Shown here: positions 10,567-19,827 of the stretch, piece after piece
Layout of the letters: every line of letters begins with the position of its first letter
Numbering within the stretch: the first letter of the stretch is position 1
Virus record (IMG/VR): IMGVR_UViG_3300025196_000011
Span: 1 to 64,000 of that record
DNA length: 64,000 bases
Source of the DNA: a virus
Taxonomy: Duplodnaviria > Caudoviricetes
Reading direction: 5' to 3' (one strand)
Translations under genes and position numbers: made by a program
Notes under the pieces: model-generated
What the model saw: only the letters and a program-made list of their open reading frames with translations
Databases searched by the model: none
Told to the model about the DNA's origin: nothing

Positions 10567-10598
10567 AAAAAAGGCCATCTTTAAGACGGCCTTTTTTT
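10567..10598. terminator. intrinsic terminator after the lysis cassette
   Basis: aaaaaaggccatct-ttaa-gacggccttttttt. Confidence 0.8.
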
Positions 10599-10617
10599 AT
10601 GTCGATAGACTGATTTT

Positions 10618-11280
10618 TTAGGACAGAAATAGCGCCCGTTCTTTCTCACGGCGATTGGCCAAGCCTTGCGAGAATACCAGCCGGCCGTTTTCTGTAATCT
10701 TATTCCATGGCAAAAACGCATCAGCGGCGGCCTCTTTTTTGCCCGCTTTTAAGTGCTTGGCCACGCTTGAACCGGCAAGGCCACGGACGCCAATGTTATA
10801 AGACAATAAAATCAGCGCATCAAACATATTTTGCGTCACCTCGCCTTTTTTAATCTGCTCAGCAAACATCAGGTTTACAGCCGGCGCAAAATCCATGTTG
10901 ATGATATTATTCTTAAGCTCAGCGGCGCGCTTCTCACTGATTGGCGGGTCATACTTGGTGACAGCCTTACGATTTTCATAGTAAGTATTGCCGTAACCGA
11001 TTGTCCAAACTTTGGCAATATCAAGATAAGGCTTGCCGACAAAGCGCTCATACTCTTTTAGCCTCTCGTTGCCATTGCTTGAAAATTTCATGCCCTCGTA
11101 TGGTTTGGGGTCATGCCAGCCATTGACCAGCGCCAAGGCTTCTTTTAACTCTTCAATCGGCATCAGCGCAATCATTTGATTTGCGCCGTCCACCATATCT
11201 TGCGTTAATCGCTTATTGTCTTGATGGCTGCGCATCCATTCAAAAAACTGTTTTTCGGTCATTACTTGGGTATCACTCAT
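10618..11280 (-). CDS. lyz: endolysin, GH24 phage lysozyme
   Basis: E-x8-D-x5-T catalytic triad (YERFVGKPYLDIAKVWTIGYG); GLANRREKERALF C-terminus. Confidence 0.9.
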   Translation of the reverse strand: MSDTQVMTEKQFFEWMRSHQDNKRLTQDMVDGANQMIALMPIEELKEALALVNGWHDPKPYEGMKFSSNGNERLKEYERFVGKPYLDIAKVWTIGYGNTYYENRKAVTKYDPPISEKRAAELKNNIINMDFAPAVNLMFAEQIKKGEVTQNMFDALILLSYNIGVRGLAGSSVAKHLKAGKKEAAADAFLPWNKITENGRLVFSQGLANRREKERALFLS

Positions 11281-11669
11281 TTTGATTCATCCTTATGGGT
11301 TAGTTGAGTTTCAAGGCGATGGATAATGGCGTGTAATTGCTTTTTTTCTAACTGTAATTGGTTGTTTTTGGCGCGTAAAAAGCGGCTTAGGCGGGTGTAA
11401 TACCTCAGCTCATAGGCAATTAATAACGATATGACTAGCAAAATTACCCGCGCCCACATGGTTTGATACGACGCCACAAAAGACAAGCTGCCCCAATCCG
11501 CCCATGTAAGCATGAGCCAAAACATCAGCGACAAAGCCACGGCGGTTGATACGCCGACGCGCTTGGTGCAAGTTTTGCGGCTAAAAAACAAATAAGCGCA
11601 TGAAATAAGGCCAATAAATGGCACGGCTAGATTGATGAAGCGCCAGTCTAATAATGTATAAATACTCAT
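11277..11669 (-). CDS. membrane protein, holin/antiholin candidate
   Basis: About 3 hydrophobic segments and a C-terminal coiled coil; coupled to the lysozyme gene. Confidence 0.55.
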   Translation of the reverse strand: MSIYTLLDWRFINLAVPFIGLISCAYLFFSRKTCTKRVGVSTAVALSLMFWLMLTWADWGSLSFVASYQTMWARVILLVISLLIAYELRYYTRLSRFLRAKNNQLQLEKKQLHAIIHRLETQLTHKDESK

Positions 11670-12211
11670 TTGCTATGACCTCCGAAAATCAAGGCCAAAA
11701 ATAGCTTCCAGCGCTCAATAGCTATCTTTTTTGCAACTTCAAGGGCTTCGATTATCACGTCTTTAATAATTGTTTTTATGGATTGCCATAACTCAGCGCT
11801 GCGTAAAACTTCGCCTATATTGCGAACGATAACCGTACCTAGTAACGACATAGACAGCGCCGTTAATAGTAGCAATGGCATTGGTGGGGCGGCGGTTACG
11901 GACGGCAAAATAACAAACGCGCCGATAATGCCGGTTAAAAAACCTAACACTAGATTGATGGCCAGCCGTGCCGGTGAGGGCGGCGGCGTGGCCATCAGGT
12001 CAACAAACAGTGATACCAGCGAACCCATCATCGATAAGATGACAGCGGCGGCAAAAAACAGCCATATCGGCAAGTCTAGGTACAAAAACGGGTGGGTTTG
12101 GTTTAACTGTTGGGTTAAACCGGTTGCGGCGCTGGCAACGGCGACAATGTTAGCGCCGTTGCCAGCAAGACTTGTGACAGTCGCTTTTGCCGCCTCAATT
12201 CGATGGGGCAT
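11666..12211 (-). CDS. putative holin
   Basis: 3-4 hydrophobic segments, basic C-terminus, upstream of the lysozyme. Confidence 0.6.
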   Translation of the reverse strand: MPHRIEAAKATVTSLAGNGANIVAVASAATGLTQQLNQTHPFLYLDLPIWLFFAAAVILSMMGSLVSLFVDLMATPPPSPARLAINLVLGFLTGIIGAFVILPSVTAAPPMPLLLLTALSMSLLGTVIVRNIGEVLRSAELWQSIKTIIKDVIIEALEVAKKIAIERWKLFLALIFGGHSK

Positions 12212-12224
12212 TGTGTAGTCTCCT

Positions 12225-12509
12225 TTAACGCCGTGATTGGCTAACGCTTATAATGCTATCCAAGCGTTCAAGTAGACTGGTTTTAAACATGCGCTCACTT
12301 TCAAGGCGCTTAACCACTGTCTCAAAACTTGGGGATTGTTGGTACATTCTTATAAACGATAAACCCATTTTAAGCGCTTCTGCCAAGCTCATTTTGCCGT
12401 GTTCCACCATGATAAAGGCGTCCTCAAGCAAGGCATTGTGCAATTGTGCGGGCTGTCCCTTGTAAAGCATCAAGGCATGGAAATCGCGCGGGTTCGCCTG
12501 CGCCCTCAC
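12225..12509 (-). CDS. T4 gp51-like baseplate assembly protein (start uncertain)
   Basis: LLEDAFIMVEHGKMSLAEALKM resembles the recalled gp51 motif; follows a gp26-like gene. Confidence 0.35.
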   Translation of the reverse strand: MRAQANPRDFHALMLYKGQPAQLHNALLEDAFIMVEHGKMSLAEALKMGLSFIRMYQQSPSFETVVKRLESERMFKTSLLERLDSIISVSQSRR

Positions 12510-13158
12510 CTCCTTGTTTGATTAGGGTTAAGCCGCGATTTTCGCTGCCTAAAATAACAAAGTGTTCAAGCTGCACAACGCCGCTGCTATAGGCGTCCTC
12601 TAAATCGTTGAATTGGTCGGTCGTTAGGCTATTGATAAGGGTAATTCGGGTGCGGATAACCTCGCTTAGCTCTTCATTGGTCATGGTGGCCGGCAAGGCA
12701 TCCCATTTAAACGCCTCGTCATCACCGCCGATATAAAATGCCAAGTTGCCGGACAACTGACACGCCATTTGGCCAGCTACCCATTCGTAGACGTTTTCGC
12801 ATATCCCCTCTAGGGCGCATACGTGCGCACCTAGCAAGTGATTGACATAAGCGTCGCCCACGGTGGCCACGCTGGGCACGTCCGCTTGAATGGTATCGAT
12901 AAGATAATCGTCGTTGCCGACGTCGTGGCTGTAGGCATTTTGCATGGCGCTTTGATGGCTCAGCAAAATGTAATAGCGCTCCTGAGCGGTTAGGCGCGCG
13001 GCCAAGGTGTTATCGCCGCTTAAGTGGCCAATCATGGCGCTTAAGCGCTTCTCGTTGAACTCTTGTGATATTTGCGCAATGTCCATGGCATCGCCAATGG
13101 TTAAATCGGGCAAGGTTATGCTGTCGTTTAATAACTGCACTTCTACTGAACTATTCAT
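12424..13158 (-). CDS. baseplate hub assembly protein (T4 gp26-like)
   Basis: LPDLTIGD...RLTAQERYYILL pattern; start re-assigned to ATG 13158, just after the upstream stop. Confidence 0.4.
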   Translation of the reverse strand: MNSSVEVQLLNDSITLPDLTIGDAMDIAQISQEFNEKRLSAMIGHLSGDNTLAARLTAQERYYILLSHQSAMQNAYSHDVGNDDYLIDTIQADVPSVATVGDAYVNHLLGAHVCALEGICENVYEWVAGQMACQLSGNLAFYIGGDDEAFKWDALPATMTNEELSEVIRTRITLINSLTTDQFNDLEDAYSSGVVQLEHFVILGSENRGLTLIKQGGEGAGEPARFPCLDALQGTARTIAQCLA

Positions 13159-13160
13159 GC

Positions 13161-14033
13161 TTAACGTCTCATATTGGCTATGTTTTGCGCATCCCACGCG
13201 GTCAATGACAAAAAGGATATTTGCGCTTTGACTGCGATACGATGGCCGTCTTTATTCATGGGGGCGGTGATTGGTGCTGATACGCTCTCAATCACCATAG
13301 GGCTGTAGGTTTTGCCGCCGTACTGCAATTGCACTAAGGGCGGAATAATTGAGGGAAACATGGATTCGGAAAACCCATTTTTAATGCCGCCAACGATTAA
13401 GGATTCAGCCGATAACTTGGCGGCCGACGCCCATTTTTGTAGCTGCTGCAAGGCGTCCTCAACCTCGGTCTTAGCGCTCGCCCATGCTTGAAACACAAGG
13501 CTGCCGCTGATACGCACTGAGTTTGACGATGTAAAAATTTGCCGGCTATTCAATTTGGTAAAGTTTGACCGGCCTAAAAGTCCTTGCAATTGCCCCTCGG
13601 CTTCTTCAAAGATACCGCTTGCACTGATACCGGTGGCCTCGCCAACGGCTGCGCCAATATCTCCCAACGTACCAGTAAAGCCGGTTGGGTCATTGACAGC
13701 GGCAAAGAAGCTGTAATAAGCGGCCGATACTTGGCCGGATTGAATCATACCCATCAGGTTAGGCAAACGCCCCTCGGGGTTAGACGATTCAAACGGGGTG
13801 CTATATTGGCTCTCAATAGTAAATTCGGCGTCCTCAAACAACGATTCAACGACGGGCGCGGCGGGGTCAACGTTATACGTCTGCTTGCCTTGCCCGCCCT
13901 CAAAGTTGCCCTCAATCACCGGCCGTATCTTAACGATAAGGTTTTTGTTTAACCCCATATCGCCCCAATTGCTGCCTAGCTTTTTACTGCTAGGCGCGCG
14001 GGCTTTATTTTTGGCCGCTGGTGGCTTTTTCAT
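13161..14033 (-). CDS. baseplate/tube-cap-like structural protein
   Basis: 290 aa; SRQIFTSSNSVRISGSLVF...PPLVQLQYGG...MVIESVS pattern typical of tube-associated baseplate proteins; TAATG-coupled to darA. Confidence 0.4.
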   Translation of the reverse strand: MKKPPAAKNKARAPSSKKLGSNWGDMGLNKNLIVKIRPVIEGNFEGGQGKQTYNVDPAAPVVESLFEDAEFTIESQYSTPFESSNPEGRLPNLMGMIQSGQVSAAYYSFFAAVNDPTGFTGTLGDIGAAVGEATGISASGIFEEAEGQLQGLLGRSNFTKLNSRQIFTSSNSVRISGSLVFQAWASAKTEVEDALQQLQKWASAAKLSAESLIVGGIKNGFSESMFPSIIPPLVQLQYGGKTYSPMVIESVSAPITAPMNKDGHRIAVKAQISFLSLTAWDAQNIANMRR

Positions 14034-17000
14034 TACGCACCGCCGGCAAGTGAGGTCATGGCGGCCATGCTGGCGGCCACTAATTTTTGTTGATAAACGC
14101 TGCTAATGGCCATCACGCGCGCGGTTAGCTCAGCGTCATCAGCGGTGGCGGTGACAAGCTCAATAAAGCCTTTGGTGTCAAAGTCGGCGGGGTTAAAGCC
14201 CTCAGCATTGACCGCGCTTTCAAGGTCGGCAAGCTGCTTGCTTAACTCGCTATTGTCGTCACTTGAATTTGTAGGCGTAGCTGAACGCTCTATATAATTG
14301 ATAGCCTCTCTTATATCCGTATTAAACTCCCCTTTACGGTTCGCGGTTATTTCAGCTCTAAATTTTATATCTTCTTGCGATACGTTTAATATTTCAGCCA
14401 CGCGCTCCTGTATTGCGTAGCTAGCATTTATACCCTCATTAAGCGCTTGCTTTACGGCGTCAATAATTAACTGCTCTCTAGCATTAGGCTTGCGGTTTTT
14501 ATTCCACGCATCGTTATCATAAGAATCTGCTCGTTTGTAGGCGCTGCCATTCTCAGCCTTGGCGGCATCAGCTTTTGCCTTAATAACCTTATCCACGCCC
14601 GCAAATTCAGGGTAACTTTGTAAAAGGTCGTTTATATCGCTAAACTTAAACCCTCTATCGAGGTCGCCATCAAAATTAGGGTCAATAACCCAATATTGGC
14701 CGTATTCATCGTAACTCATAGTCCAATGGTCTTTTTTACTGGCGTCTTTGTAAGCGCGGTATCTATCGTTGTCCAGCTCTGTAAATAGCGGCCAATCTTC
14801 TTCGCTAACGCCCACAAGTTTATGGATATTTTTTATGCTTTGGAACGCGGGGTATGCTGCGATAAGCTCTTCATCCCACTTGTAAGTTTTACTCTTATTC
14901 TCTTCGGTCACGCCGCCCTCAAAGTTGGCCGTCACAGCAAAAGGATTTTTGCTAACGCCGTTAATCCTTGATGCTGTCCAGTATTCTTTTTTACTGGCGT
15001 CTTTGTAAGCGCGATAACGCCCCTCGCCTAAGTATTCAACTGGTGGATAGGTTTTTGGCTCATTGCTGCTGTTAGTCTGCACGGTATTTTTCATGTTTTC
15101 AGCTTCCTTTTTATCGATTTCGGCTTGTAGGGCGGCGGCATCAGCGGCCTTTTTATCGCTTTGGGCTTGAAAGGCTTTATCGATGGCGTCGATATAGGGT
15201 TGTGTGTTTTCGGTGTATCGGTGTTTGATGGTGGCCACAACGTCCTCACCGCTTGCGCCTTGCAATATCTCACAAGTGCCGTCAATGTCGATTTTGGCGC
15301 GTACTGTGGCGTCAAACTTAACGATTTGCACGGTCACGCCGTAAGTCGGTTTTGACTGACTGGTTAGGCTGTCAAATAGTGAATCTTGGTAAACGGTGGC
15401 GTTAAAGTCGGACACGGCCACATCCGCATACAAGCTTATAGCAGCGTCCACGACGTTACAAACGGCATCGGTATAATTTAGGGTTTTGTCTTTGAAGATA
15501 CCGGCTTCGACATACAAATTGTCGCTGTCATCGTCATGTCTGTATTGAATGTCGTCATCAGTAATGCCTAACGTCTGCAATTTGTCGGCGTGGCGCTCTA
15601 AAAACATCGACGGGAAACGGCTTGAATCGATTGATTCATAGTCGTCTTGCTCAGCCTGAGCGATAAGCGCCTTAATGCCTTTAAACGCGGGATAAGCGGC
15701 CAATAGCTGGTCTACGTTGTCAAAATACTTAGGATTCCATGAATTAAACGCGCGTGATTGTGCGTTGTCTGCCACTACCGCCCAGTCGCCGCCGCTCACT
15801 TGGTAGGCCGTCCACTTATCAACCTTTTTGTTATTCATGTAGGCGATATATTCGCGCTCTTCTTCGTCATACTCTACCGGTGGGTAGGTTTTGCCGCCGT
15901 CATCGCGTAAAAAGTCTTGGCCGGATTGGTGCTTCATTGAAGCATTGCGGGATTTGATGGCCTTTAATTTCTCGGTCACTTGGCCAACGTCGGCAAGGCC
16001 AAGGCTAGAACCGTCGGAACTCTTAATATCATAGACGCCCTCTTGCAAAAAGACTTCGGCCAAAACGCGGCCTTTGTTATTCACGTAAGTTGAGATTAGT
16101 TTGGTGTCCTCAAACTCACGCGCGGCGTCAATCTCGGGTTGCGTCAATCGGCGGGCGTCACCACGGCTTACGATGGCGTCCATTTCAGCGACGGTTAGAT
16201 TTACGCTATTAGAACCGCTTAGGGTCGCTAGGCGTAGCTTGGCCGCATCTTCACCGCGTCGTAAAAATAGCCATTCGGTAAACTCCATGATAATCGTATC
16301 ATCGGGTTCTACCGCGCTGTTGCCGAAAACGTCCTTGCGCTTCATTTCGTACACATCGCCTACGGTATAGTCGTCTGAGGTGAAGCCCTCGGGGTCGCTA
16401 TAATCAATCGTATAGCCCAGCGTTTCTAATTGGCGGGCAGCGGCTTGGATATTATCGGGAATATTGGCGGTCATCACGGTTTTCACGCCCGCTTCATACA
16501 AGTGCTTATTGGTAAAGCGCGTTTGTGCGGACTTGCTCGACGCCTTAATGAATGACCAATGCACTATGTCGCCAGCATCGTTCAAGGTATACATCAATAC
16601 TTTGTCGGTTTGGCCTTTGAATACATCGTTTTTAAGCACATCTAGGGCGTCACGGATAGCCACGGTTTTTGACGGGATTGTATCGTCTACTGTATCGTCT
16701 ACTGGTTCGGGCGCGGTTTGATTTGCCGCCTCCTTTTTAGCCTCATGGTGTTTCTTTGCTATATCTTTCCAATAGGCGAAAAGCTGCTGCGATTGACTTG
16801 GTTTATCTCCGTAAGGTGTGCGCTCATAAGCGGCATTTATTTGATTACCAAGGTCTTGTATTTCGTCGGCATCTTTTTTATAAGACTTATTGTGATATAC
16901 GTGGCCGGCGCGTTTTAACACTTCCTGCTTTTCATCTTCAAGCGCTTTTTCATCCTTTTGTCTAAGGGCAATCAAGTCGTCTGTTGACCAGTCTTTAACG

Positions 17001-19084
17001 TCCTCATAATTAGCGCTTGGCGTCCAATCTTGTCGAGCAAAATCGAGTAATTTTTGCATGTAGGCTATAGCGCTATTTTTAGCTAAACCCGCATGACTTG
17101 GTATATTATCGGTAGCTTGCACGGGCGCGGCCTCACCGTTTATCAACGCCCATAAGGCGCTGCGGCGGTCGCTCAATTCGGGCGTTAGGCCGGTTTTATT
17201 GGCGTCGTTAATGCTTTTTGCTTCGGCTATCCATTCAGCGTTACCGGTACGCATGGCGGCAAGGTATAAGTGCTCACCGTGCATATTTACATCTTCAAGC
17301 GCGGCGCTTAGTTTGTAAAACTGCTTTTCGGTTAAGGCTTTAACATCGGCCACGGTTGCGGTTGCAATCCAAAAGCTATAATCATCAAAATCTTCATTGG
17401 CCGCCTTGGTAATCATGGCATCAATATCGCTTTTGCCACTTGCCGGCGTGGCTTTTGGTGCGCTGTCATCGGCAAAAACCTCGGTCGCTGGCGCGCCCAT
17501 TTGGCCGTCGTCGGTCATAATGAAGATATTTTGGCCAACCATGCCTCTAAACGTGCCTTTCATTTCGCCAATCTCATTACGCCAAACAACGGGGTCGCCT
17601 ACTGAGAATGGCGGTACTTCATTGTTTGCGCTATTGCTCAGCACGTCCGGCGCTGGCTCGTCGTTCAGTAAGTTATAAGTATCGTAAGGCGCTAGATATT
17701 CGACAAATTCAGCGTTGGCGCGGATAGATTCCAAACGCTTAGCAAGCATTTTTTCGATAATGTCGTTAGCGGATGCGCTTGGCTCAGCGCCATTGTTTTT
17801 GTAGAACTGTGTTACCTCGTCAAACTGCATGGCCAAGACGCGCTCACGTTCGCGCTTCTCTTTTTGCTCTTTTTCAGTCATTTCGGGCGGCGTGGTCGGC
17901 TCTTCTGCTTTTTTGGCCATAGCGGCATCAATAGCAGCATTTAAGCCGGCAATGTCAGTATCGAGCTGGTTAATCTCGCCTTGTTTGGCATCAACCAGCG
18001 CTTGGGCGTCTTGCAACTCTTGTTCAAGCGCGGCGGCGCGGTCTTGCGCGGCTTTGAATTTCTTAGAATTTTTGCGGGCAACGCGCATGATACGGGCGGC
18101 CAAGACGGGAAGCTGTACGTTATCGCCTTGCTTTGGTGACAATACGGCGGTCACGTCACGCTTGTTTAACATCCATTTCCAACTAATCATCACGTCATCA
18201 GCTTTTAACTGCGATGGGGTGCTATCGGGGTTATGAAACCATATCGATAATTTTTGGCCGTCCGATAGGTCAAAAACAAACGCAATATTCGTCACGCCTT
18301 GGCGCTTAAATGGCTTTGTTTCGGTGACATTGGTAACAGATAGCTCAGCGTCGCCCGCGCGGCTCATGGCGTTAAATAAGCGGTCTTTTAGTAGCGTTAA
18401 ACGAACTTTTTTATCCATCAAGGCATCAAAGCTATGCTCTTCTGCGCCTAGTAATTCAAGCTCGCGCACAAGGTTTAACGGCTCTAATAACTGCTTATGG
18501 CCATCGGCGCGGATTAGGTCAAGAAATAGCGCTGAATCGCTGCCACCATGACTAACAAGGCCGTCCATGCTATCCCACTGCACGGCGTCAAACGTCACGC
18601 GCGCCGCCTCAAAATTTAGCTCTTGGGCGGTGACAACGGGCAAGTAAGATTTGTTTTGTGAGGGATTGGCCAATAACTTATTGATGGCGTCAAGTGACCA
18701 TGTATCAGGCTTATCATCGCTTAAGCTGTCAAACTGTGGATTGGTGACAATCACGCAATTATCGCCGCGCAAGCGGTGCAATTGACTGTCGGCTACTTGC
18801 TTGGCGTGTAGGCTGTCAAACGCGCCGCCAATAACCATCGTATCGACATAACGGCGGTTGCTGTCAAAAACGTTGGCAACGTGCCAGCTATCATCGCCGC
18901 TGCCAATTGACGCATCAAAGCCCATGCCATCAAAGCCGGCTTGGTCTGCAATCACGGCCAAAAGCTCGCGGTTTTTGCCATCGATAACGCCTGTCTCATA
19001 GCGGCTATAGCGGGCAATCTCACGGCCGTTGTCGTCGCGGCTCTTATGGTTGGTGTTGGCTTTATTTACTGGAATATACGTCAT
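14033..19084 (-). CDS. darA: DarA-like antirestriction/head protein with large multi-domain extension (~1683 aa)
   Basis: FDLSDGQKLSIWFHNPD...WKWMLNKRDVT...KNSKKF DarA-N motif then coiled coil; start re-assigned to 19084 because 19123 overlaps the -10. Confidence 0.85.
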   Translation of the reverse strand: MTYIPVNKANTNHKSRDDNGREIARYSRYETGVIDGKNRELLAVIADQAGFDGMGFDASIGSGDDSWHVANVFDSNRRYVDTMVIGGAFDSLHAKQVADSQLHRLRGDNCVIVTNPQFDSLSDDKPDTWSLDAINKLLANPSQNKSYLPVVTAQELNFEAARVTFDAVQWDSMDGLVSHGGSDSALFLDLIRADGHKQLLEPLNLVRELELLGAEEHSFDALMDKKVRLTLLKDRLFNAMSRAGDAELSVTNVTETKPFKRQGVTNIAFVFDLSDGQKLSIWFHNPDSTPSQLKADDVMISWKWMLNKRDVTAVLSPKQGDNVQLPVLAARIMRVARKNSKKFKAAQDRAAALEQELQDAQALVDAKQGEINQLDTDIAGLNAAIDAAMAKKAEEPTTPPEMTEKEQKEKRERERVLAMQFDEVTQFYKNNGAEPSASANDIIEKMLAKRLESIRANAEFVEYLAPYDTYNLLNDEPAPDVLSNSANNEVPPFSVGDPVVWRNEIGEMKGTFRGMVGQNIFIMTDDGQMGAPATEVFADDSAPKATPASGKSDIDAMITKAANEDFDDYSFWIATATVADVKALTEKQFYKLSAALEDVNMHGEHLYLAAMRTGNAEWIAEAKSINDANKTGLTPELSDRRSALWALINGEAAPVQATDNIPSHAGLAKNSAIAYMQKLLDFARQDWTPSANYEDVKDWSTDDLIALRQKDEKALEDEKQEVLKRAGHVYHNKSYKKDADEIQDLGNQINAAYERTPYGDKPSQSQQLFAYWKDIAKKHHEAKKEAANQTAPEPVDDTVDDTIPSKTVAIRDALDVLKNDVFKGQTDKVLMYTLNDAGDIVHWSFIKASSKSAQTRFTNKHLYEAGVKTVMTANIPDNIQAAARQLETLGYTIDYSDPEGFTSDDYTVGDVYEMKRKDVFGNSAVEPDDTIIMEFTEWLFLRRGEDAAKLRLATLSGSNSVNLTVAEMDAIVSRGDARRLTQPEIDAAREFEDTKLISTYVNNKGRVLAEVFLQEGVYDIKSSDGSSLGLADVGQVTEKLKAIKSRNASMKHQSGQDFLRDDGGKTYPPVEYDEEEREYIAYMNNKKVDKWTAYQVSGGDWAVVADNAQSRAFNSWNPKYFDNVDQLLAAYPAFKGIKALIAQAEQDDYESIDSSRFPSMFLERHADKLQTLGITDDDIQYRHDDDSDNLYVEAGIFKDKTLNYTDAVCNVVDAAISLYADVAVSDFNATVYQDSLFDSLTSQSKPTYGVTVQIVKFDATVRAKIDIDGTCEILQGASGEDVVATIKHRYTENTQPYIDAIDKAFQAQSDKKAADAAALQAEIDKKEAENMKNTVQTNSSNEPKTYPPVEYLGEGRYRAYKDASKKEYWTASRINGVSKNPFAVTANFEGGVTEENKSKTYKWDEELIAAYPAFQSIKNIHKLVGVSEEDWPLFTELDNDRYRAYKDASKKDHWTMSYDEYGQYWVIDPNFDGDLDRGFKFSDINDLLQSYPEFAGVDKVIKAKADAAKAENGSAYKRADSYDNDAWNKNRKPNAREQLIIDAVKQALNEGINASYAIQERVAEILNVSQEDIKFRAEITANRKGEFNTDIREAINYIERSATPTNSSDDNSELSKQLADLESAVNAEGFNPADFDTKGFIELVTATADDAELTARVMAISSVYQQKLVAASMAAMTSLAGGA

Positions 19085-19121
19085 GTCGCTGTACCTGTGT
19101 TTAAATGAATAAGATGGCTTC

Positions 19122-19161
19122 ATTTTGACAAGTTTTAGCGCTCACGCTTTAGGGGTGTTCC
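19122..19161 (-). promoter_or_regulatory. putative late promoter (darA operon)
   Basis: GGAACAC-N27-CAAAAT. Confidence 0.7.
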
Positions 19162-19176
19162 ATGGTGGGCGGCCAT

Positions 19177-19202
19177 AAAAAAACCCGCCGGTTAAGGCGG
19201 GC
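19177..19202 (-). terminator. intrinsic terminator
   Basis: CCCGCC-TTAACC-GGCGGG followed by a T-run on the minus strand. Confidence 0.75.
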
Positions 19203-19209
19203 AAAAAAA

Positions 19210-19827
19210 TCAGCGCTCAAACATCATCGGGCGCAATTTTTGAAAGCTGATTGTCTCCTTGATAATCTCACTGCGGCCGGCACTGCTTACCTCTGTCCGG
19301 CCACTTTTTGCGCACACAATCCACGAACGGGCAACCGGTGCAATATGGTTGTTTTTTTTATTATGAATAAGGCCTATCGTGACTTTAAACGCATACTTTT
19401 GCGGCTCGTTGACCGTGCCATCAGCGTTAAAAATCAGCTTATGGCACGCTCGATAAGATTTAAAAATATCGCCGTTCAATGTCTCAATAAACGTCATATC
19501 CATTTCACTATCGGTTTTTTGGGTCATATAGCCGGCCGGTAGCGCGCCCGCGTAAAACGTTTCCGCCTCGCCGCTGCCAAACGATAGCTCAGCTTCGGTG
19601 ACAAGATAGGTCAATGTTTTGTCTTTAAACCACGGTATATCGCCTTTGATATTAAAGATATTTTCAATCTTAACCATATACATACACTGCAAAAGCACGT
19701 CATGCGCTTTGGTTTCGCCGTAAATCTTTTTAAGCTGCATTAGGCCGGCATTATCAACGCCAAGGGCTTGCTTGGCGGCCTTGTTGGTGGCGTTGAGTAG
19801 CTCGGTTACTCTGTTATCAATAATCAT
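19210..19827 (-). CDS. tail-tube-fold protein (tube initiator candidate)
   Basis: Start re-assigned to MIIDNRV (19827); MDMTFIETLNG...EIIKETISFQ is tube-like. Confidence 0.45.
   Translation of the reverse strand: MIIDNRVTELLNATNKAAKQALGVDNAGLMQLKKIYGETKAHDVLLQCMYMVKIENIFNIKGDIPWFKDKTLTYLVTEAELSFGSGEAETFYAGALPAGYMTQKTDSEMDMTFIETLNGDIFKSYRACHKLIFNADGTVNEPQKYAFKVTIGLIHNKKNNHIAPVARSWIVCAKSGRTEVSSAGRSEIIKETISFQKLRPMMFER

Noticed and set aside
12424-12509. G/GT-type tail chaperone frameshift between the 257-aa and 94-aa ORFs
   Set aside because: The overlap is in the +1 frame with no canonical slippery heptamer; separate gp26/gp51-like genes are the simpler explanation, although the downstream start is uncertain
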